From: a virus
Lineage: Duplodnaviria; Caudoviricetes
DNA length: 64,000 bases
Strand: one strand, 5' to 3'
Virus record (IMG/VR): IMGVR_UViG_3300020045_002727
Coordinates: 10,136 to 74,135 of that record
A program made the translations under genes and the position numbers. Below the pieces are notes generated by a model. That model was not told the DNA's origin. It searched no databases and saw only the letters and a list, made by a program, of their open reading frames with translations. Shown here one piece after another: positions 56,452-64,000 of the stretch. Each line of letters starts with the position of its first letter. The stretch's first letter is position 1.

Positions 56452-56616
56452 ATGAATTTACAAAATTATTCATTCGCTGAACTACTTGACATGCAACAAA
56501 ATGCAATAGATATTGAAGATTTTCAACTATCTAATGATATAGAAGTAGAATTAAATTTACAGTTTGAGCATTCAAACATTAGTAACTATATGAATCGCGA
56601 TGGCTCAATGGTGTAA
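56452..56616 (+). CDS. Small acidic early protein, 54 aa
   Basis: MNLQNYSFAELLDMQQNAIDIEDFQLSNDIEVE... Confidence 0.5.
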   Translation: MNLQNYSFAELLDMQQNAIDIEDFQLSNDIEVELNLQFEHSNISNYMNRDGSMV

Positions 56617-56689
56617 TAAACCGAAATAGGGTGCAAACCCTATCTATCACTAGCGTTTAAGGTGATACTGATGAGATAACGCAAACGTT

Positions 56690-57206
56690 CAAATGTTAAA
56701 ATTATGTTAAAGTCTTGCAAAGTGTTGCACAATCCAAAACTTTAAACTACATTTGCTCCATCAAAATATAACAGTTGAGTTTTACACCAAATGTTAAAAT
56801 TTTGTTAAAGTTCAAAAATAGTTTGCAAGTCTCAAAACTTTAAACTACATTTGCTACATCAAATAACAACTATTACACGTTCACACATCTACTGAATTAA
56901 CAAACATACTTCTACAAAGGTTTATAAAATGCTAGTCTAAATTTAAACCTTTCATTTGCCAAGTATTGTAAAGGTTTACATTAAAGACAACAAAAATGGT
57001 AATATCGTCCGCTTAATGTATCAAAACCCAACAAAATAGCAACAAATGTTAAAATTATGTTAAAATTCACAAATTAGTTGTGTAAACCAAATAAAGGTTG
57101 TACATTTGTCCCAACAAAACAAGTTAACGCTAAAATTCGTAAATCGTTAAAGTTTTGTTAAAATTGAAAAAACATTTGCAGGATTCAAATTTTTAACCTA
57201 CATTTG
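56690..57206 (+). promoter_or_regulatory. Array of four tandem promoters (TACATTTG), each preceded by GTTAAA direct repeats
   Basis: TACATTTG at 56748, 56846, 57101 and 57199; (T/C)GTTAAA-N4-TGTTAAA upstream of each. Confidence 0.85.
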
Positions 57207-57289
57207 CTTCATCAATTACAACGTGCCTCTCAAGTGGCTCTTTTATTAAGATTAAATGTAAATTTATTTACAGTCAAACTTGAGTATCA

Positions 57290-57940
57290 TAACATAGTGC
57301 CAGTACGAAAATAGGCGGTCGTAACGCACTCTAAAGAGTAGCCAGTTTAGATTTAGATAACAAAAGTTTCTATTAATCAAGTTTGCAGTGTTGAATTGTA
57401 GCGGTACAATTACATTAGCCAGTATTAAAGTTAAATTTTTAGACAAAACGGGTTTTTATTAGTTGAACCTTAAAAATAACTAACCATAATTCGAGGGTAT
57501 AAATAGGGTTCAAAACCTGCGGTACAATGTTAAAGCCGTCCCACTGATGCTGATTATTGGCGTACTAAGATGCGCACTCCGAAGAGAAAAGCTAAAAGTG
57601 GTGAAAAGTACGAATGTTTGAAATAAGACTTGAGAGAGATTTGCAAGATAATCCAACAACCTTATACGTGGTGTAGTCTACCATAGTCGAGATAGATAAT
57701 GTCGGACGCCTTAAGTGGCTGGAGAAATCTCGGGGTGGTGTGGTCTGTTTAACCATATCATTCAAAACGATGCAAATATGCATACGGACTAAAAACAATA
57801 TGTTGTCGTGTTAACGGCAACCCTATCAACTGAACGAACAGACTGTTTCTGTCATCGTTGGGAGCGAGACCCAATCGTTCATCTAAAAATAAGGTGTTAA
57901 ACACAAGGTTTAATAATGGCTGTGTTGCAGTCAGCCTTAT
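57290..57940 (+). ncRNA. Candidate large structured non-coding RNA
   Basis: No + strand ORF over 60 aa; many hairpins with G.U pairs; downstream of the promoter array. Confidence 0.5.
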
Positions 57941-57948
57941 TTCTTATA

Positions 57949-58083
57949 TGGAATGTACGTCCGAAGGGTTCGGGCTAACTCAAAGAATTGTGTACACCGA
58001 TTCTTTGGGTGATGCAGTGTGTGAGGTTGCGAATGGTTACACATTCAATCCCAATATAGGTTCGATACCTTTACATTCCACTA
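57949..58083 (+). ncRNA. Multi-arm tRNA-like RNA (~135 nt)
   Basis: TGGAATGTA/TACATTCCA closing stem, T-arm-like AGG-TTCGATA-CCT, three internal hairpins. Confidence 0.55.
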
Positions 58084-58105
58084 CTAATTCTTAAATTTTA
58101 AAATT

Positions 58106-58399
58106 ATGTCAAAAGTAAACAATTTACAAGTTACGTTCAATCATTCAGCTAAAACATTCCCAGAAGCATTAGGAATTACAGATGGTGCAAACCATATGTC
58201 AAAAGTATCAGCTGATATTTCAACTGATGTAGCTACTGGAAAAGTAGAAAGAGAAAGTCAAGTAGCTGAACTATTGTACAATCAATTGAGTGATGCTGAA
58301 ATCTTATTAATTGCAGCAAAGTATATCACTAAAACTGTACAAGATTTCCAAAACCAAAACCCACTTGAAGCATTATTACGTGCTGTAAGTAAAAAGTAA
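58106..58399 (+). CDS. Hypothetical early protein
   Basis: 97 aa with A-rich initiation region and strong codon bias. Confidence 0.75.
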   Translation: MSKVNNLQVTFNHSAKTFPEALGITDGANHMSKVSADISTDVATGKVERESQVAELLYNQLSDAEILLIAAKYITKTVQDFQNQNPLEALLRAVSKK

Positions 58400-58406
58400 A
58401 AACGTT

Positions 58407-58478
58407 TACGGAATAGCATAATGGTAATGCAATAGTGCGAAAGCACTACGTATATCGGTTCGACCCCGATTTCCGTAT
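58407..58478 (+). ncRNA. tRNA-shaped RNA with GAAA tetraloop in place of anticodon loop
   Basis: TACGGAA/TTCCGTA, GCAT-AATGGTA-ATGC, TAGTGC-GAAA-GCACTA, ATCGG-TTCGACC-CCGAT. Confidence 0.85.
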
Positions 58479-58509
58479 CAAATAATTATAAACTAAAATC
58501 ACGACAGCT

Positions 58510-58659
58510 ATGAACAATTCAAGCACAACGGGTTTCAGAATGTGTCCAACTAACACAACCCCAGACGTTAAACCAACGGCTAAATCTGACTATGGTAAAG
58601 TATTAACTGACCAGTATGGTAGAACTTACGTTCAAACTGTACATGGTCGAATCTATTAA
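58510..58659 (+). CDS. Small early protein, 49 aa
   Basis: MNNSSTTGFRMCPTNTTPD... Confidence 0.55.
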   Translation: MNNSSTTGFRMCPTNTTPDVKPTAKSDYGKVLTDQYGRTYVQTVHGRIY

Positions 58660-58664
58660 TAGTC

Positions 58665-58952
58665 ATGGCAACATTCACTAAAGAAGTAGCTGAAAGATTT
58701 GAAGTAAAATCTAAAACAGAGCCGTATTGTACAGACTTCGTTTGGTACAACCAATACTTAGAATTCACTTATAATATCCCAATGGATAAACTGGATACTA
58801 TAAATACACCTCAATGGTCACATGTTAAATTGATTGCACCAAATAGTAATGGTATGTTAACCGTAATTGTAGCAGTATTTAACAATGAAATGTTACTTGG
58901 TCTTGAATATGCTGTAAAATATCCACTATTAACCATTAAACTTAAAGACTAA
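58665..58952 (+). CDS. Hypothetical early protein
   Basis: 95 aa, TAATG-coupled to the next gene. Confidence 0.7.
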   Translation: MATFTKEVAERFEVKSKTEPYCTDFVWYNQYLEFTYNIPMDKLDTINTPQWSHVKLIAPNSNGMLTVIVAVFNNEMLLGLEYAVKYPLLTIKLKD

Positions 58953-59611
58953 TGGGAGCATCAAACTTTGCAAGATGTAACACGTCAAAATACTTTGTCG
59001 TGTTAACCAACGTAGATGAAAAATTCTCCGAATGTTCTGAATGTGGTAACAAGCATTGGGAGTGGGAAGAAAATTATGTTGAAGAGGGTGATAAAGATTG
59101 TCCAGATTGTGACAATAAAGATTGCATCACGCATGGTGAAGAGTCACGTAGTCCCGAAGAGTGGGAAATTAACGACTTCAAATCAAATGTAATAGAATCA
59201 CTATCACAACTTTCAGAGTATCGTTCTGGCGGTGCTGATGACCCAGACCGTAACTACTACGGACATTGTTTAGGTACATTATATGACTCTAAAGTATTTG
59301 GTGATGTAGAAGTAGGTCTTGAAATTAGATGTATGCTCTATTCGGCTTATTATGAAGGTGCAACACTGGATTTTATAGCTGAGGTACAAGTTGACGGCTA
59401 CGAGCATGATGACAATGTTGACATTGCTTATGCATCAGATATGAATGCTGGAATGGTTACAATCCAAAACCGCAATGCTCAAAAGTATGTTGACAATTTA
59501 AAAGTAAAATTAGTCAATAAACTCGAAGAGGTTTACGCACAATTCAGTGATAAATATGACCGCTTAGGTGGTTTCTCTGATGGTACTTCAATTTACACTA
59601 AATCTGAATAA
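58952..59611 (+). CDS. Hypothetical early protein with Zn ribbon
   Basis: CSEC...CPDC; acidic. Confidence 0.7.
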   Translation: MGASNFARCNTSKYFVVLTNVDEKFSECSECGNKHWEWEENYVEEGDKDCPDCDNKDCITHGEESRSPEEWEINDFKSNVIESLSQLSEYRSGGADDPDRNYYGHCLGTLYDSKVFGDVEVGLEIRCMLYSAYYEGATLDFIAEVQVDGYEHDDNVDIAYASDMNAGMVTIQNRNAQKYVDNLKVKLVNKLEEVYAQFSDKYDRLGGFSDGTSIYTKSE

Positions 59612-59613
59612 TC

Positions 59614-59763
59614 ATGAAAGGCAAAACATTAGTAGGCACTGTTACAAACATCCTACACAAACGTGTGACCGAGAAAGAGGCAATGGAATTTGCCTTGAAT
59701 AACTTTGGTGAACTAGCTTGTCGCATAAGACAAGAGGCAATGGATAGATTAACCAAAAAATAA
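59614..59763 (+). CDS. Small early protein, 49 aa
   Basis: MKGKTLVGTVTNILHKRV... Confidence 0.55.
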   Translation: MKGKTLVGTVTNILHKRVTEKEAMEFALNNFGELACRIRQEAMDRLTKK

Positions 59764-59771
59764 TCACTATC

Positions 59772-59972
59772 ATGGTAAACTATTTCGACCTGCTTAAAAA
59801 AGCAAACGACTGCATAGACAGTTGTAAAACCTATCAACAACTAGATAGTTGTAAGAGAATCATGTCAAATCTTGTAAAATCTCACTTAAACGAGTTCACA
59901 ACTTACAACGGTCGTAGTTCTGATTTACACGAAATGACCAATAAAATAAAAGCTAAAGAGCAAACCCTTTAA
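59772..59972 (+). CDS. Hypothetical early protein
   Basis: 66 aa, preceded by the AATCACTATCA motif. Confidence 0.65.
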   Translation: MVNYFDLLKKANDCIDSCKTYQQLDSCKRIMSNLVKSHLNEFTTYNGRSSDLHEMTNKIKAKEQTL

Positions 59973-59982
59973 TTTCAACATC

Positions 59983-60696
59983 ATGAGAACACTACACCAA
60001 TTGTACAAAATACTTGCAAAAAAAGTTAAAAATAAAGAAGACTTTTTTATTTGTAATCAAATAGGATTCTTACTAGACAATGAAAAGATAACAACAGAAG
60101 AAAAAAATCTGTTAATGTTACATTTTCAAAGTCAAATACCGACAGAAAACTTACATCCTGAGTTTTTTAATAATTACTCATTTCAAAAAGGTTCATCAAT
60201 TTATGGTTCATGGTGGGCATACGGAACACAACCTGAAAAAACCAAGCAACGAAAACTATTCATTAAAAAGATGATTGAAATCACTGCTAAACAAGACTTA
60301 ATTGACAGACAAGTAAAACTACTTGATGAAACAATGGAGTACTATTCAGCAGACCCAGAGAATAGACGTTGTGAAGGAATACAACCAATATCAGGTGGTA
60401 AAATGTGCTTCTATTCACCAGTTAAAGCAAATAAACCTTTATCACAAGGTTGTGCAATAGGTCGATTAGTTTCAAAGAAACTAAAATTAGAACTAGATAC
60501 AGTAAATCCAAATGGTGTTGGAGTCAACACTATATTTCACTTAATACCATTAAAGCTACAGAAATTAGGGCTTCCATTCTTAATGCAATTACAATCATTT
60601 CATGATACAAAGGCTTGGGATGAATCAAGTTTAATTCAACTTACGTACGAAAACTTACGTAATGAAGTGAAACAAGGTGACTATACTAAATTTTAA
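59983..60696 (+). CDS. Hypothetical early protein (apparently two-domain)
   Basis: 237 aa; second half has CFYSP...GCAIGRL...QSFHD. Confidence 0.7.
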   Translation: MRTLHQLYKILAKKVKNKEDFFICNQIGFLLDNEKITTEEKNLLMLHFQSQIPTENLHPEFFNNYSFQKGSSIYGSWWAYGTQPEKTKQRKLFIKKMIEITAKQDLIDRQVKLLDETMEYYSADPENRRCEGIQPISGGKMCFYSPVKANKPLSQGCAIGRLVSKKLKLELDTVNPNGVGVNTIFHLIPLKLQKLGLPFLMQLQSFHDTKAWDESSLIQLTYENLRNEVKQGDYTKF

Positions 60697-60734
60697 CAAA
60701 CGGGTTCGGTCTTCGACCTAAAAATCACGAAATT

Positions 60735-61322
60735 ATGAACACAAATCTTACAACATCAGAACTTCAAAAATCACTATCACTTTTTGAGGCGGATTTTACA
60801 ATCCAACACACAATACTACAACTACATAACAGTAGATTAAAACAATCCTACAAAGATGCAATCCCATTCTCACAACGTCTCAATGACTTCGTAACCAACT
60901 GGTTCACCAAACACTGGGATTTATTTGTCTTCACTGACAACGATGATTTTGATGCTGATGACATGGAAGGCACACTAGCTAAACATCGTGAAACCTACCT
61001 ACGTACTGGTAAAATATACATTTGGACTGGTGCATCTGATAGAACAATCTTTGTTGAACCACGTATCAACCATTACTTTAGAGCATGGCATGATTACATT
61101 CATATTACAGAAAATCTTGGTTATGACTTCATTGGTGAAAGTGCCGTGTGTTCAATCCAGATGGCTCAACTACCATTCGATTGGGGTTACGAACGTGCTT
61201 TAGTACAAAGTGAAATTGTCGGTCAGGCTTTGTATTACATGAAGTATAACGAGTTTATTGATGACCAACGTGGGTTCACGTTGCAGTACTTAATGGATGG
61301 TAAAATCAATTCTAAATTTTAA
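60735..61322 (+). CDS. Conserved hypothetical phage protein
   Basis: SDRTIF...FRAWHDYIH...GE motif. Confidence 0.7.
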   Translation: MNTNLTTSELQKSLSLFEADFTIQHTILQLHNSRLKQSYKDAIPFSQRLNDFVTNWFTKHWDLFVFTDNDDFDADDMEGTLAKHRETYLRTGKIYIWTGASDRTIFVEPRINHYFRAWHDYIHITENLGYDFIGESAVCSIQMAQLPFDWGYERALVQSEIVGQALYYMKYNEFIDDQRGFTLQYLMDGKINSKF

Positions 61323-61333
61323 AAATCACTATC

Positions 61334-61786
61334 ATGGCACACTTAATAATCTCACAAAAAGATGAAATTGCCTACCCAGTAGGTAGAGACATGGCTCAAA
61401 CCATTGAAATAGTATCTCAAATGGTTGAAAAGTTAAGACAATTATACACCTGTTCAGACCCTATCCAATTTGTTGTTAGGGGTTCATCTGGTGCAATTAT
61501 ATCTGGAATTGCTTCAACAATGATGAGAAGTCACGACCTTAAAATAGTTCACCTTAAAAAAGAAGGTGAATCAAGTCATAGTTCAGGAGCTTCAATCGAG
61601 GCAGACAGAAAAGTAATTATCATTGATGACTTAATTGCTTCTGGAGCTACTGTAAACACAATATATTCAGAGGTATCAAAACATAATTTAGAAGTGGATA
61701 CACTTTGTGTTTCTGGTTCAGTTTATACAAGAAACTTGAACTTCAAACCTAATAACATAATCACTGGTACTATTAAAATTAATTAA
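61334..61786 (+). CDS. Type I phosphoribosyltransferase-fold protein
   Basis: PRPP-binding loop VIIIDDLIASGAT; RGSSG. Confidence 0.85.
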   Translation: MAHLIISQKDEIAYPVGRDMAQTIEIVSQMVEKLRQLYTCSDPIQFVVRGSSGAIISGIASTMMRSHDLKIVHLKKEGESSHSSGASIEADRKVIIIDDLIASGATVNTIYSEVSKHNLEVDTLCVSGSVYTRNLNFKPNNIITGTIKIN

Positions 61787-61788
61787 TC

Positions 61789-61959
61789 ATGAAAAAATAT
61801 ACTGTCCTATCATCATTCTCCCTACTGGAGCGTGTCCTAATCATCGAAGGTGACATCATCTACGCTGAATTAATCCGTAAAATGTACCATGTGTACAGTA
61901 AAACAACCAGAAAACGTCTGGGTACAATTAGTGAAAAAGAATTTGAAAAGTTTGTGTAA
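61789..61959 (+). CDS. Small early protein, 56 aa
   Basis: MKKYTVLSSFSLLERV...; TAATG-coupled to the next gene. Confidence 0.55.
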   Translation: MKKYTVLSSFSLLERVLIIEGDIIYAELIRKMYHVYSKTTRKRLGTISEKEFEKFV

Positions 61960-62378
61960 TGGATACCATAGAAAACAATAAATTAATTGCGGAGTTTATA
62001 GGACTTAAAAAAGTAAATCATGTCCGAGATGAAGAAGGTGAATACTATGACTTTGAATTAGGTAACAATCTTACTCTAATATTAGAAGAAGAAATTGAAA
62101 TTGAATCAAATAGAGGCTGGGGACTAGTATCAAAAGATTATGTTTTTTCGAGAGATTTAATTTTCCATTCAGATTGGAACTGGTTAATGGAAGTAGTAGA
62201 AAAGATTGAGAGTTTAGGTTTTGAATTTTTTATTGTAGAAAGCAGATGTAAAATAGCACACAATACAGATAAATCTATAGAAGTAGTTTTAAACCTTGAA
62301 CAAGTTTTTTCAAAAATAAAAACTACTTATAACGCTTGTGTCGAGTTCATCAAATGGTACAACGCTCAACAAAAATAA
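61959..62378 (+). CDS. Hypothetical protein typical of flavobacterial phages
   Basis: NKLIAEF...FHSDWNWLMEVVEKIE. Confidence 0.7.
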   Translation: MDTIENNKLIAEFIGLKKVNHVRDEEGEYYDFELGNNLTLILEEEIEIESNRGWGLVSKDYVFSRDLIFHSDWNWLMEVVEKIESLGFEFFIVESRCKIAHNTDKSIEVVLNLEQVFSKIKTTYNACVEFIKWYNAQQK

Positions 62379-62391
62379 TCACTATCACGTC

Positions 62392-62547
62392 ATGAAAAAA
62401 TACACTTTCACCTTCATAGGTCGTCAATCTGGTGCAATTGGTAAATGCTATAAAATCACCAAAACAATCTCATCTGTATCATTAAAAGATGCTATTGATG
62501 AACTGTACACTGAATATGAGCATATTAGTAACTTAAAACATAAGTAG
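62392..62547 (+). CDS. Small early protein
   Basis: Start moved to ATG 62392 (MKKYTFTFIGRQSGAIG), after the AATCACTATCA motif. Confidence 0.65.
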   Translation: MKKYTFTFIGRQSGAIGKCYKITKTISSVSLKDAIDELYTEYEHISNLKHK

Positions 62548-62549
62548 TT

Positions 62550-62750
62550 ATGTCAAATTTCAATTCAAAAATAGGTGATGTAGTCGCAATAGATGACATT
62601 TACCTCAATGATGAAGTCGGTCAACAAGCTGGAGCAACATCCAGAGCAGAAATCTTATCAACACCATCCGACCCAGAAGAGTTAGTGATGGTTGTGTACA
62701 CGAATGGACTTGTAGATTTTGTTCCACAAGGTATAATCATAAAATTGTAA
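62550..62750 (+). CDS. Small early protein (SH3-like beta pattern)
   Basis: 66 aa. Confidence 0.6.
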   Translation: MSNFNSKIGDVVAIDDIYLNDEVGQQAGATSRAEILSTPSDPEELVMVVYTNGLVDFVPQGIIIKL

Positions 62751-62753
62751 ATA

Positions 62754-63128
62754 ATGAAACCATTAAACACATTAAACAATCATGAACGTGGTCAATTACT
62801 ATTTGACCTATTCCCTTTACATCGTAGTCCCATCATAGACTTCATTTTAGGTGGTTTTAAGGACTTAAAAGATAATAAAGACCTTAGACGTTCAGAGTGG
62901 GAAAATAACCCTCTTATAACGTTCGATTATTGGTTTGCACTTGGTCGTAATTTAGATATAGCCATTAGTAATAATTCAAAAACAATCACTAAAAAGAAAA
63001 ACGTATTCTGCGACCAACTTTTTAATGGTATGTTTTCATTATTCTCAACATCCGCTATTATTGAATATTCAAAAGGGCAAAACGATAAACAATTCAAACT
63101 CTTTGTAGAATTAATGTACGAAACTTAA
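62754..63128 (+). CDS. Hypothetical protein
   Basis: KPLNTLNNHERGQLLFDLFP... Confidence 0.7.
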   Translation: MKPLNTLNNHERGQLLFDLFPLHRSPIIDFILGGFKDLKDNKDLRRSEWENNPLITFDYWFALGRNLDIAISNNSKTITKKKNVFCDQLFNGMFSLFSTSAIIEYSKGQNDKQFKLFVELMYET

Positions 63129-63139
63129 ATCACTATCAC

Positions 63140-63304
63140 ATGGGTAAAACTTTAGCCTTACTAATAATGACAATTGTAGCAATGTTGTTAATTTCTCAAC
63201 TACACATCGCAACTCAATTAAAAATCTTAATAATGTTGATTGTTGTAGTCGTGCTGTTATTATGGCATGATGACTTCGACAACAAAAATTATAGTCTACC
63301 ATGA
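63140..63304 (+). CDS. Small two-TM membrane protein, 54 aa (not in ORF track)
   Basis: MGKTLALLIMTIVAMLLIS...LIMLIVVVVLLLW; preceded by AATCACTATCA; ATGA-coupled to the next gene. Confidence 0.65.
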   Translation: MGKTLALLIMTIVAMLLISQLHIATQLKILIMLIVVVVLLLWHDDFDNKNYSLP

Positions 63305-63615
63305 AACATTTAACACTTTTACTTTCAGGAGTTATAGTACTCACATTGTTGAGTATCTATAAGTTAGATATGCTGATGTTAATTATAATATCAGGGTTAT
63401 CTTTTGTAATCATAGCAATTAATGAATGCTACTTTACAAAATCAAAAGTTTATACCAACAAAGAAATTACAATGTTGGGTGATTTAGAAAAAGTCGATGG
63501 TGCTTGTAATAATACCATAACTTATCTTTACAGTTACAAAGGTAAACAATACCTTATAACTTATGCAGGTGATTTAGAATTACTTGACCCGAACAAAGAA
63601 GCAATAACAATTTAA
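63301..63615 (+). CDS. Two-TM membrane protein
   Basis: Hydrophobic N-terminal hairpin and soluble C-terminus. Confidence 0.65.
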   Translation: MKHLTLLLSGVIVLTLLSIYKLDMLMLIIISGLSFVIIAINECYFTKSKVYTNKEITMLGDLEKVDGACNNTITYLYSYKGKQYLITYAGDLELLDPNKEAITI

Positions 63616-63626
63616 ACATTAAAATC

Positions 63627-64000
63627 ATGGCTAGACCATTAACAAAACAAGGTTTCCTAAAAGCAGTAATGCATGAAATCAAATCATTAAAAAAGAATGC
63701 TACTCCAGAGGAGTTAAGTAATTTAAACTTACACACATTAAATCCTCGCAACGCAAACAGATGTATCTACGGTCAAATGACTGGAGATTGTTCCTCATCA
63801 AGAGCTAAAGCATTAATGGATACATCTTGTATTAAATGCACAAGGGGAGATGTCCGTGGTGTTAATACATTCAACGATAAAACTTTTGAAGAAATTTCAG
63901 ATAAAGTAGGTGAAAAGTATTCAAGACAAACTTGGGTAGGTGAAAAGTGTAGAGAATATCGATACCTTTCAGCCCTTGAAGCATACATTTGCATGAAAGA
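63627..64000 (+). CDS. Hypothetical protein, 3'-truncated by window
   Basis: MARPLTKQGFLKAVMHE...CIYGQMTGDC...YLSALEAYI; open to the end of the window. Confidence 0.7.
   Translation, partial: MARPLTKQGFLKAVMHEIKSLKKNATPEELSNLNLHTLNPRNANRCIYGQMTGDCSSSRAKALMDTSCIKCTRGDVRGVNTFNDKTFEEISDKVGEKYSRQTWVGEKCREYRYLSALEAYICMK

Noticed and set aside
57949-58083. tmRNA
   Set aside because: Too short, no tag ORF, and no G3.U70 alanine identity in the terminal helix.
57264-58094. ORFs 57264-57446, 57592-57798 and 57858-58094 as proteins
   Set aside because: They use weak starts, lack family motifs, and coincide with dense RNA secondary structure; an ncRNA reading fits better.
1-64000. Stop-codon reassignment as in some crAss-like phages
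   Set aside because: All long genes are intact under code 11, coding density is high, and no CUA or UCA suppressor tRNA was found.

Overview
About 64 kb of an AT-rich dsDNA phage, most likely a podovirus-type phage of Bacteroidota (Flavobacteriia). Support: TAnnTTTG host-type promoters, crAss-like PolB/terminase/portal/capsid/tail genes, groEL and many tRNAs; resemblance to Cellulophaga phi38:1-type phages is my inference. Layout: replication and nucleotide genes (+, 1-12.5 kb); tRNA array 1 (+, 12.7-15.1 kb); ligase and accessory genes (+, to 18.7 kb); virion, packaging and lysis genes (-, 18.8-50.6 kb); tRNA array 2 (-, 50.6-51.3 kb); RNA ligase and serine recombinase (-, to 54.7 kb); a non-coding region with a strand-composition switch, repeats, tandem promoters and structured RNAs (54.8-58.5 kb); small early-type genes (+, to the end). 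Main finding: each tRNA array is preceded by an unannotated short leader ORF and a near-identical terminator hairpin. Each leader is enriched in the amino acids served by its own array. Leader 2 (MKNCNTYNSFNFYSWNGYREDMS) precedes Tyr/Ser/Ser/Asn/Trp/Phe/Cys tRNAs and carries a perfect 9-bp antiterminator. This suggests ribosome-sensed attenuation of phage tRNA operons. The window also holds several tRNA-shaped RNAs, including one with a GAAA tetraloop in place of the anticodon loop. All calls were made by eye with no database searches; by-eye coordinates may be off by a few bases.
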